Source: a virus (Duplodnaviria > Caudoviricetes). From it: a stretch of DNA of 63,070 nt. The notes beneath the pieces are model-generated. The model was not told the origin of the DNA, made no database searches, and was given only the letters and a program-made list of their open reading frames with translations. Within the stretch, counting starts at the first letter, position 1; each line of letters begins with the position of its first letter. A program made the translations under genes and the position numbers. The DNA is taken from positions 1 to 63,070 of the IMG/VR virus record IMGVR_UViG_3300038492_000082; one strand, written 5' to 3'. Below, in pieces: positions 19,047-26,836 of the stretch.

Positions 19047-20040
19047 GTTGCGCTCTCCTCTGCATCCATTGTGTTGCTGCCAGTTGCCAGTCCGGCGACG
19101 CGATGTTCTTGCACAGATGCAGAGCCGTATCGTAGTCGCCTCGTTTGTGGTTCCTCCACGCGTCACGCATGGGGTAAGCCGTGCGCGAGAAGAACAGATC
19201 TTGATACATGACCGGGTCGTCCCAGTCGTCGGTGAAGAATCTCGCCAGGTCTGCGTCCCACACGTCAATGGACTGGTTGACGACGGCGATGCTGTCGATG
19301 CGCGCCGGGGTCATGCCGTGTCCCTGATAGTAGTCCGTCATTCCGTACGCTGCGCCCATCGCGAGCTTCTTGTACGTCGGATTGTTCGTGTAGTAGTGCC
19401 ACGAATCGCTGACGTGAGTGTACGTTCCCATCTGCATGCCGACCATCGCTGCCATGTACTCCTGGAGCACGCTGAAGTGAACGGCGTTCGCGCCGTAGCA
19501 TCCCCATATGATGTCGTTGCTGCGGCAGCAGACCGTCATGTGCAGCTTGCCCTCTCGCGGCTTGAAGTAGACGTGCGTATTGCACGGCAGATCGCGACGC
19601 TGCGCGTTCAAGTCTGCGACCGGGTTCCACATGGCCAGCACTGCGCGCCGCGTCTCCGGCTCGCGTCTGATCAACTGTCCTAGCGCGTGCAACTGATCGA
19701 TCATGTTGCGCCAGCGGTAGCCGTAGGCTCCGTGAAACTTACCGTCGTCCTCCGCGAATTGGCTGATGTTCTTGCTGAATTGTCCAATCCAAGCTGCGTC
19801 GTCTCGCCCGGCGAGCATCCAGAGTGCCTCCATCAAGTGGAAGAACGGGTTCGCGTCCCTCACCTCGTTAAACAGCACTCGTCGCCACGGCATGCTATAC
19901 ACCGTCGCCACCGGTTCCAGATACTCTCGCGTCTCCACCCCATCGCGCGGCGAAATGGTTCGCCAATAGTCGTCGTTCAGCATCACGTCCACCGCTTTGT
20001 GGAACGCTTGGTTGACGCCGTCCGCCTTGATCACCTTCAT
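19024..20040 (-). CDS. Thymidylate synthase-family enzyme, probable dUMP hydroxymethylase
   Basis: DANPFFHL.EALWML.G, GAYG.R, TRRAVL.MW, catalytic DLPCN, RSNDIIWG..GAN (Asn indicates dUMP preference), SWHYY. Confidence 0.8.
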   Translation of the reverse strand: MKVIKADGVNQAFHKAVDVMLNDDYWRTISPRDGVETREYLEPVATVYSMPWRRVLFNEVRDANPFFHLMEALWMLAGRDDAAWIGQFSKNISQFAEDDGKFHGAYGYRWRNMIDQLHALGQLIRREPETRRAVLAMWNPVADLNAQRRDLPCNTHVYFKPREGKLHMTVCCRSNDIIWGCYGANAVHFSVLQEYMAAMVGMQMGTYTHVSDSWHYYTNNPTYKKLAMGAAYGMTDYYQGHGMTPARIDSIAVVNQSIDVWDADLARFFTDDWDDPVMYQDLFFSRTAYPMRDAWRNHKRGDYDTALHLCKNIASPDWQLAATQWMQRRAQRATETQG

Positions 20041-20050
20041 TGTTATTCTC

Positions 20051-20815
20051 CTAGTTGTGTTGGCTACTGGCGAACGCTTTCTTCCACTGGACAGTCACGT
20101 CCATCACGTCCCCTTTCGGCCTCAGTTTTACGAATTCGGGATGCAGCTTTGCGAGCTTCCGTGCCGACTTGCTCTGCATCTCCGGCGTGCGGTACATATT
20201 GCATCCGCCGGGGGTCGTTGACCCGCGACTGTTCGTGCATCCCTTGTACAGAATTTTGTTCTCGTACCCGAGACGCAGAAGTTGGATGACCACGTCGAAG
20301 TCTGACATCATCGGCAGCCGGGTGAACCGAACATTGTGCCGCTTCATGACCTCGGTGTCGAAGCACAGCATTTGACAGAGCCTGCCGTTGATGTTCACTT
20401 CCCGATTAGACGTGTGATTCTTGTTCCTCGGCGTGATGCCGCAGTGCGCGATCCCCTGTTCCAGCCAAGCCTCGCATCTGCGAAACATACGTCTGATCTG
20501 CGCTGGCGTCGCGTTCACCAACTTCGTGCTCTGCATGTCCTTGCGCCAGCCAAACGACAGAAAGTCGTCATCGAGCATGCAAACGTGCGGGTCGCCGTAG
20601 CGAGCTTCCACCTCCTCGATGATGTGCTGGCGTGTCGTATTCACCTTGGTGATGCCCGGAGGCAAAACCCAGATGTCATAGTACGACTTGTCCGCGTACA
20701 GCTTGCGCTCGCGATGCTGCACGACAACGGTCGTCTCCTTCTGCATGTCGGGCGGAAGCGCGTGATACGTCGCCATCTTGTCCACGCGTCCGGCCGTCGG
20801 TATTACTATCTTCAT
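20051..20815 (-). CDS. GT-A fold DNA glycosyltransferase (TET/JBP-associated, GREB1-like)
   Basis: IVIPTAGR start, TRQHI, MLDDD metal motif, SDFDV..QLL..GY.N, TPGGC. Confidence 0.75.
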   Translation of the reverse strand: MKIVIPTAGRVDKMATYHALPPDMQKETTVVVQHRERKLYADKSYYDIWVLPPGITKVNTTRQHIIEEVEARYGDPHVCMLDDDFLSFGWRKDMQSTKLVNATPAQIRRMFRRCEAWLEQGIAHCGITPRNKNHTSNREVNINGRLCQMLCFDTEVMKRHNVRFTRLPMMSDFDVVIQLLRLGYENKILYKGCTNSRGSTTPGGCNMYRTPEMQSKSARKLAKLHPEFVKLRPKGDVMDVTVQWKKAFASSQHN

Positions 20816-20883
20816 CGCAACTCCACTCCTCGTCGTTTTAGTTCTTTCAGGAACGCTCCTTCCCACAAGCGATGACGAATTGC

Positions 20884-21099
20884 CTACTCACCCAGACCGT
20901 CAGCTTCCGTCTCGGCTGCGTCCGCCGCACCGTCTGGCGCAGTCCCCGCGTATGCTATGGCGCTCAGTGCTTGGCGTTCCAACTTCCTCCACGCTCTTCT
21001 AGCATAGCGCGCGGCATTCTTCAAGTGGTCCGTGTCCATGTCACCGAGACGCAACTTCCGACCATCCTTGGTCTTCCAGACTCTGTCCTCGTTCTTCAT
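20884..21099 (-). CDS. Small hypothetical protein, probably truncated by an in-frame TAG (frame stays open to 20812)
   Basis: WKTKDGR..LGDMDTDHLKNA motif. Confidence 0.6.
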   Translation of the reverse strand: MKNEDRVWKTKDGRKLRLGDMDTDHLKNAARYARRAWRKLERQALSAIAYAGTAPDGAADAAETEADGLGE

Positions 21100-21965
21100 T
21101 CCGGTCTCCTGTAAATGGCTCGCGGCCGTCCCTCGTTGTTGTACACGCGCAGCCACTTGTCGAACTCGCAAAGACTGTGCTCAATCTCGCGCATCTCCAT
21201 CGGCGGAACGTGCTTGGCCCGGTACTGCGGCGACGTCTTCAACAGTTCCTGCATGAACTCGACGTACTCCGCGGTCGTGTGGAACACGTTCGGCTTCTTC
21301 TTACCGCTGACTATGCGGTTGATGCCGCGCCGCGCTCCTGGGCCGAGATTCGCCCACTTCTTGCGGTCGGGAGCCTTGTCCAGCATCCCCCGCTGATAGC
21401 GCATGTCGCAGATCACCTCGTAAGCGGTGAACGGTCCCTGCATCGGATACTGAGTGAGGATCTTCGTGCAGCCCTCCATCGTGCCGTCGGCCAGCATGTG
21501 TTCCCAGATTCTCTGACGTGCGCGGTATTGAACGCCGAGCGCGTCGCACATCAGATCGATCTTGCTGTCGCTGCTTCCCGCGTTCGTTATGATGTACGCG
21601 CCGGTGAAGATTTGCTCACCCCTTTCCGCGGCTTTGTGAAGAATCTGCTTCATCTTCCGCGTGCGCGTCATGCCGTCCTTGTACCGAGCCAACAGATCGA
21701 ACGTGCTGGCTCTGTTGAACGCGCGGAATAGGATCATGTAGTACAGCAAGTCCCATTTCGTTGCTTCCTGCATGCCGCGCATCCGCTGGTTGAATTTGAC
21801 GGTCTCCGCGTCGAGTTGACGGAACACGTTCGTGAACTTGTACTTTTGCAGAATGGGATCTCGTGTCCACGGCCACGGATCGCCGCGCATCTTCTTGATG
21901 TAGATCTGATGGCGCTCGTTGATCCACCAGAAGAACTTCTTCAGCCTTGCTTTCGGTGTCTTCAT
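21096..21965 (-). CDS. 5-hmdU DNA kinase (5-HMUDK / aGPT-Pplase1 family)
   Basis: WINERHQIY...PWPWTRDPIL.KYKFTNVFR.LD, FRAFN, FTGAYII, GPFTAYEV..D, GPGARRG, EIEHSLCEFDK. Confidence 0.85.
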   Translation of the reverse strand: MKTPKARLKKFFWWINERHQIYIKKMRGDPWPWTRDPILQKYKFTNVFRQLDAETVKFNQRMRGMQEATKWDLLYYMILFRAFNRASTFDLLARYKDGMTRTRKMKQILHKAAERGEQIFTGAYIITNAGSSDSKIDLMCDALGVQYRARQRIWEHMLADGTMEGCTKILTQYPMQGPFTAYEVICDMRYQRGMLDKAPDRKKWANLGPGARRGINRIVSGKKKPNVFHTTAEYVEFMQELLKTSPQYRAKHVPPMEMREIEHSLCEFDKWLRVYNNEGRPRAIYRRPE

Positions 21966-22018
21966 GTCAACACCTCGGCGGCAGCGGCAACCGCAGTCGT
22001 CGCGTGATCTCGGTCATG

Positions 22019-22693
22019 TTATCCCTTTCGCTTGATGTAACCCTTCGGTTCCAGTTCGCCCGACAGGATCCACGAAACGAGAGCCTCACTTGCCTCAAGC
22101 GCCGACGCGTAGCAGTAGCGATGAGTGTACCCAGTCTCGCCAAGTCCGCAAACGATTCCAAACGTAAAGAGGAACTGACTGATGCCGACGATCTCTCCGT
22201 TGATTTTGATTGGTGACGCATAGCCCATCTCCTCGTAAAATTTCACTTGCTCTTCGGAGAGCTTCTCAACTGTGAGTGCTTCGTTGACGGCCTTATTTTC
22301 AGACCCATCGCCGACGTCGTGTTCATCTTGATCTTCTTCGGCGGTCGGTGCAGATTCGGCAGCGGCATCGTCCTCTTCCCGTTCGGTGCCCCCGGCAACA
22401 TCGTCTCCTTCATCAGGGTAGACGTATCCATGATTGGGTCCAATCTCATCTCCGAAGCCATCCGTGCGAGTAAGTCCCGCCGGTTCTTCTGCGCTATCTG
22501 CTCCAGTTCCTCCCGCACGCTCGCCGGCATTCGCACCGGCTCCACGAACATCACCTCGTCCGGATGCACCATCTTCCCCGCCTCCGCTGATACGGGATCG
22601 AACCCCGGCCATCGCATCTTCCAAGGATCTTCCTTCGGTTGCCTCGGGTTTGCTCTCATCCTCAGGTCCGTGTTCGGTTCTTTCTGGTGCCAT
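22019..22693 (-). CDS. Hypothetical protein (acidic N-terminal half overlapping the upstream gene; protein-like C-terminal domain)
   Basis: GAGGAGGA RBS before ATG 22693; C-terminal GIVCGL.ETGYTHRYCY...EPKGYIKRKG; start uncertain. Confidence 0.5.
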   Translation of the reverse strand: MAPERTEHGPEDESKPEATEGRSLEDAMAGVRSRISGGGEDGASGRGDVRGAGANAGERAGGTGADSAEEPAGLTRTDGFGDEIGPNHGYVYPDEGDDVAGGTEREEDDAAAESAPTAEEDQDEHDVGDGSENKAVNEALTVEKLSEEQVKFYEEMGYASPIKINGEIVGISQFLFTFGIVCGLGETGYTHRYCYASALEASEALVSWILSGELEPKGYIKRKG

Positions 22694-23067
22694 GCCAATT
22701 TCCTCCTCATTTCTGGGTGCGGCTCTTTGTAGCAGTTGCCGTCCACGAGAAACCATTCGTCGATCTCGTGCTCCTCGCTGCGAAGGATCTCTTTGCGCAA
22801 CCGCTCCAGGAACATCATCTCATCCATCTGCTCCAGTTCCCCACGCTCCAGCTTGAAGCTGCCGCGCACGGTCGTGTCAGTCAGAGTCTTGACGTCCTGC
22901 ACTTTGATGGTGATGTGGACCATGACCGGCGTGTCCGTCATGAGATCGATGTCCCGTAGGCTGCCGAGTCCGTTGATGACCGGCTCGCAACTGAACTCAG
23001 AGCCGGGTTTGTACAAGCATCGGTTCAGGATGCCGCGAATGTCTTTTATCGTTATCATGTGCTCCAC
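22243..23067 (-). CDS. Hypothetical protein
   Basis: EEHEIDEWFLVDG...PHP motif; coupled to the upstream gene. Confidence 0.55.
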   Translation of the reverse strand: MEHMITIKDIRGILNRCLYKPGSEFSCEPVINGLGSLRDIDLMTDTPVMVHITIKVQDVKTLTDTTVRGSFKLERGELEQMDEMMFLERLRKEILRSEEHEIDEWFLVDGNCYKEPHPEMRRKLAWHQKEPNTDLRMRANPRQPKEDPWKMRWPGFDPVSAEAGKMVHPDEVMFVEPVRMPASVREELEQIAQKNRRDLLARMASEMRLDPIMDTSTLMKETMLPGAPNGKRTMPLPNLHRPPKKIKMNTTSAMGLKIRPSTKHSQLRSSPKSK

Positions 23068-23531
23068 TTTGCAGCGTTAACGAGAAATCTTCCGATCCTC
23101 CTCCGCCTCCTCGTGTCGTTGTAAAACTGGTTCCGTCCCGAAGGGTGGGGAACCCATGCGTACCGCGCTCCGTGCCACTCAATGAACTTCGCCGGTTTGA
23201 GTTTCTTGCCGAGCTTGTCCCCGAAGACGGCGTTGCGCACGTCGTTCCCCAGGAGCACGACCTTCTTGCCCGTACCTTCCACTGACGCAATGAGCACGTG
23301 AGCAGCCATCACCAGATTGCCTTTCTTGTTCTTCGTGGGCATGCGTCCGCACGGGAACAGGTTAGACTTCGCGATGCTGCAATACGACGCTCGGCTGACG
23401 TGCTCGTCAACCTCTTGCATCATCTTCATCAAGCGATGTCCCGCGCACCCCGAAGGGTGCGGGAACAAAGCATGGCGCGGATCGCTGGACTGGGGATTGT
23501 CCAGCCCAACGATCAGCAGTTGGCCTCGCAC
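23055..23531 (-). CDS. Uracil-DNA glycosylase-superfamily protein
   Basis: LIVGLDNP (motif A-like), VVLLG..V, VPHPSGRN (motif B). Confidence 0.65.
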   Translation of the reverse strand: MRGQLLIVGLDNPQSSDPRHALFPHPSGCAGHRLMKMMQEVDEHVSRASYCSIAKSNLFPCGRMPTKNKKGNLVMAAHVLIASVEGTGKKVVLLGNDVRNAVFGDKLGKKLKPAKFIEWHGARYAWVPHPSGRNQFYNDTRRRRRIGRFLVNAAKWST

Positions 23532-23533
23532 GA

Positions 23534-24322
23534 TTAGTCCTTCGCTTCGACACACTTGTGACGGCGAAGGATGCCGACGATGCGGCGCGTGTAGGTCGCG
23601 TCGCCCTCAAGCTGCTTCTCGACCTTCGTGCAGAGAGCGCTGAACGTGATTCCCTTCTTCGGAATCAGCTTCAGCACTGCATCCCACGCCTCGCTCTCGC
23701 CGGTCGTTGCCTTCTTCTGGATCAGCTTGGTGCTGTCCGTGATCGGCGACGCACGAGTACCGCTCTTTTTCTTGGCGGTTTTCTTCTTAGCTGCGCGCTT
23801 CGCAGGAGCCTTCTTCTTGCTTGCCTGTTTCTTACCTTTCTTCTTTGTAGCCACTTCCTCTCTCCTTTCTTTACGACTTGATTTAGACCGAACGTTCGGC
23901 CACATTTTCCACGGTGAACTATAGTGGTTCACCTCTTCCTTGCTAGCGCCCTCGTCAAAGAGCGCGTGGAATATTGCCTTGATGGTTCCCTGCATTGCAC
24001 CGGGTTCCCGGAACTGCGGGGGTTCTCCGGTGACGGCGTTGATGAATAGACTGCAATGCACCTCGGACCATTGACCGATCTCGTGGTACATTGCGATTGC
24101 GAATTGTGAAGCCGGATCGCTGTTGTTGAGTATGACCGGCGGAATCGGGCGCTTCTGTTCCTTGATGTGCTCAGCCATCAACTCCATGGTGCGCTTGTAT
24201 CCGACCTTGAGCTTCACCCCGCGAACTGCGAGGCGCTCCTTCTTGGTCATCTTCCGTTCCTTCGGCTGCTTCTTCCTTCGCGTTTTCTTCTTAGTCAGCA
24301 TCTTATCCAACTTCTTCGTCAT
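23534..24322 (-). CDS. Lys-rich putative DNA-binding protein (possible internal start at GTG 23854)
   Basis: Conserved leader motif upstream; KKK-rich linker; helical C-terminal domain. Confidence 0.6.
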   Translation of the reverse strand: MTKKLDKMLTKKKTRRKKQPKERKMTKKERLAVRGVKLKVGYKRTMELMAEHIKEQKRPIPPVILNNSDPASQFAIAMYHEIGQWSEVHCSLFINAVTGEPPQFREPGAMQGTIKAIFHALFDEGASKEEVNHYSSPWKMWPNVRSKSSRKERREEVATKKKGKKQASKKKAPAKRAAKKKTAKKKSGTRASPITDSTKLIQKKATTGESEAWDAVLKLIPKKGITFSALCTKVEKQLEGDATYTRRIVGILRRHKCVEAKD

Positions 24323-24340
24323 CGTACTTCCTCCTCGTCA

Positions 24341-25759
24341 TTATCGTATAGGATATCTCTCCTTCAGGCGCTTGAGTAGAGACTTCTGCGTCCAGCTCCT
24401 GTCCTCCAGCACCTTCATCATCACGTCGTCAACGGTATCGTAGGCAACCAGATGATAAGCGTTCACCTGATACTCCTGGCCGTCACGCCAAACGCGCTGA
24501 TAAAATTGTTCGTAGGCGTCCAAGTTGAATGTCAGCCCGTAGTACAGACAGTTATATCCTCCGTACTGGAAATTGAGACCGTGGCTCATGCTGTCGATCT
24601 GGCCAGCCAATGCGATCAGGTCGCCGTTGTCCCACTGGTTCTTCAACTTCTTCTTGTCCGCACGCGACCCCTTGTACTGCGGGATCTTGATGCCGCGTGG
24701 CAAGTGCTCCATCAGCATCTCGTAGTCGTGGCCGAACTCGTACGCAATCAAGAGCGGACTGCCCTGCAACTCGCGTATCAATTCGTAAACCGCCTCGGCC
24801 TTGCGGTCGTGGATCTCCGTCCAGTTCTTCTGCCGATCGTAGTAGATGGCACCGTTCGCAGCTTGGCGGAGTTTACTCGTGGCAACCGCAGCGTTCGCGG
24901 CGATGAGCGTCTTACCCTGCCACTCCGTGATGAACTCCTGCTCCAGTTCCCAATATGCATCGCGCGCGTCGCCGGGTAACTTGATGGTCAGGTCGAAGAA
25001 CTCGATCGGCGTACTGTTGTCGCGCTCGGCACGATGCACTCTGTCGGCAATCGCCTCCTCGATGCGCTCCTCGCTGCCGTCGCGTATCGTCCAGTCCTTA
25101 CCCTTGTAACCGCACGGCGAGAAGTACTCGTTCCGGTAGCCGGTCATCGTCTGGCCCAGACTGCGTCCCATGTCCACGATGTACATCTGCGGCCAGAGGT
25201 TCAAGTACCCCTTGGGGATGGGAGTGCCGGTCAGGATCACGCGGCGCTTGAACTTGGGTATCATCTTGAGCACTGCCTTGAACGCGCTCTTGCGTTGAAC
25301 GCGCTTGCCGCTGGCGGTCTTGCGGCGACGACTGCGAACCTTGCCGTTGCGGAACTTGCTGCTCTCGTCAACGACGAACATGTCGAACCCTTCCTCCTCC
25401 AGACGCTTGCCGAAGTGCTCGTTGAACCAGTGCAGGTTCTCATAGTTGATCATGTACACGTCGGCGTCCATGTCCCACGCGTCCATGCGCCTGCTCTCGC
25501 TGCCAGTCATGACGGAGTACGACAAGTCCAGGTCGTTGAACTTGTCGATCTCCTCTGGCCAAACGTCCTCGCAGATGTTGCGGCTGGCGGTGATCAGTAA
25601 GCGCCGCGCCAGTCCCGCGTCCTTCAGTATCTGGAACGCCATCAGCGTCGTGATGGTCTTCCCTCGCCCAGGATCCCAGAACAGCGCGCAGAAACTCTTC
25701 TGCGTTAGGTGCTTGATGCCCTCGGCCTGAGGACCTCTCGGCTCGTAATCAATTCCCAT
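24341..25759 (-). CDS. SNF2-family (SF2) helicase
   Basis: DPGRGKT Walker A, VVDES Walker B, LTGTP, HGLNFQ, Q.YQRVWRDGQ. Confidence 0.9.
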   Translation of the reverse strand: MGIDYEPRGPQAEGIKHLTQKSFCALFWDPGRGKTITTLMAFQILKDAGLARRLLITASRNICEDVWPEEIDKFNDLDLSYSVMTGSESRRMDAWDMDADVYMINYENLHWFNEHFGKRLEEEGFDMFVVDESSKFRNGKVRSRRRKTASGKRVQRKSAFKAVLKMIPKFKRRVILTGTPIPKGYLNLWPQMYIVDMGRSLGQTMTGYRNEYFSPCGYKGKDWTIRDGSEERIEEAIADRVHRAERDNSTPIEFFDLTIKLPGDARDAYWELEQEFITEWQGKTLIAANAAVATSKLRQAANGAIYYDRQKNWTEIHDRKAEAVYELIRELQGSPLLIAYEFGHDYEMLMEHLPRGIKIPQYKGSRADKKKLKNQWDNGDLIALAGQIDSMSHGLNFQYGGYNCLYYGLTFNLDAYEQFYQRVWRDGQEYQVNAYHLVAYDTVDDVMMKVLEDRSWTQKSLLKRLKERYPIR

Positions 25760-26087
25760 GCCCGTATCGCTCCAACAGATTCTCCAACAACTCCGCAGCC
25801 GCGTTCCATCCTACTACTTTCACCGTCTCAAAGCCAAGATCGGCGAACTCGCTTCGGTAGTGGTCTTGCAGCTTCTCTCCTCTGCGCTTCTTCTTTGCTC
25901 CGGTGCGCTTGAACTCGACGATGATGGTGGTAGCGCCGGGGCCGAACAGAAAGCGATCGGAGAACCCGCGCTTAATCTTGTCGCCCTTCAACGTGTACCA
26001 TCCGGCGTCCTCAATCTCCTTGACGAACTCATCCTCGATCGCCCACTCAAGCCACTCGTCCTTCACTCCCGACGGTAGAAGCTCCAC
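25749..26087 (-). CDS. VRR-NUC (PD-(D/E)XK) nuclease
   Basis: GFSDR...IVEFKR...KLQ motif; next to the SNF2 helicase. Confidence 0.75.
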   Translation of the reverse strand: MELLPSGVKDEWLEWAIEDEFVKEIEDAGWYTLKGDKIKRGFSDRFLFGPGATTIIVEFKRTGAKKKRRGEKLQDHYRSEFADLGFETVKVVGWNAAAELLENLLERYGHGN

Positions 26088-26836
26088 TACTTCTCGGCCT
26101 CCTTCCAAAAGTGACACGGTCCCGGCCGTCCGTCGATCAGCTTCTTGTCGCTGCGCATCGGGCATCCGCCGTACTTCTTGCACGCCGGTCCAGGTGACGG
26201 CAGGAACTTGCGATCGCTGAGCATGTCCTTGGCGCGCTTGACCCACCGCTTCCACAAATCTTGCGCATCCTTGGGAGTGTAGTCGTCACCGTGAATTTCT
26301 CCGGCGTCGCTGAACCACAACTCCACGCGAATGTTCTCGGCCTCCGGGTAGTAGAACTGGGACATCGCAGCGTAGAGATCCATCTGCGCCTGAGCAATGT
26401 TGAAGCGTCCGGTCTTCAGGTCGATGATCAGCAATTCGCCGTCGTCGGTGAAGAACTGATGCGCGTCTACCTTCGCTCGCAGCCACGCGCGCTTCCAATC
26501 AGTGGCGTGCGTTTGTTCGAAGTCCTCGGTCAACGTCCACGGCGCTTCCGGTATTGCCCTGACCTTCTTCAGATTCCGGATCTCCTTGTTCAGCGCCTTC
26601 AGTTCGTCGGGCATCCCCTTGATGTTGCCCTTGAGGAACTCCTCCAGCTTGGCGTGAATGGCTATGCCGCGCTCCATCGCGCGACTCGGAGGTGCCTTGT
26701 ACTTCGGCTTCCGATCCGGTCCCTTGAGCACGCTCTCCAGAAGATATTGGTACGCGCATCCTCTCCACTTGCCGTACCGTGAGATTGACCAGAAGTTCGG
26801 GAACTTCGTGCCCTTTGGTATTCTTACTCTCTTCAT
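26087..26836 (-). CDS. Cas4/RecB-like PD-(D/E)XK exonuclease
   Basis: WSISR...C, RGIAIH..LE, KVD, IIDLKTG, QMDLYA, C-terminal C....GCP...C. Confidence 0.85.
   Translation of the reverse strand: MKRVRIPKGTKFPNFWSISRYGKWRGCAYQYLLESVLKGPDRKPKYKAPPSRAMERGIAIHAKLEEFLKGNIKGMPDELKALNKEIRNLKKVRAIPEAPWTLTEDFEQTHATDWKRAWLRAKVDAHQFFTDDGELLIIDLKTGRFNIAQAQMDLYAAMSQFYYPEAENIRVELWFSDAGEIHGDDYTPKDAQDLWKRWVKRAKDMLSDRKFLPSPGPACKKYGGCPMRSDKKLIDGRPGPCHFWKEAEK

Noticed and set aside
20884..20886. Genome-wide TAG recoding (alternative genetic code)
   Set aside because: TAG ends many intact genes (e.g. 2977, 16409, 53395, 54072, 58073), core genes are unbroken in the standard code, and no suppressor tRNA is visible.
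26087..26836. Cas4-like nuclease as part of a CRISPR-Cas system
   Set aside because: No repeat-spacer array or other cas genes; solo Cas4-like exonucleases are routine in phage replication modules.
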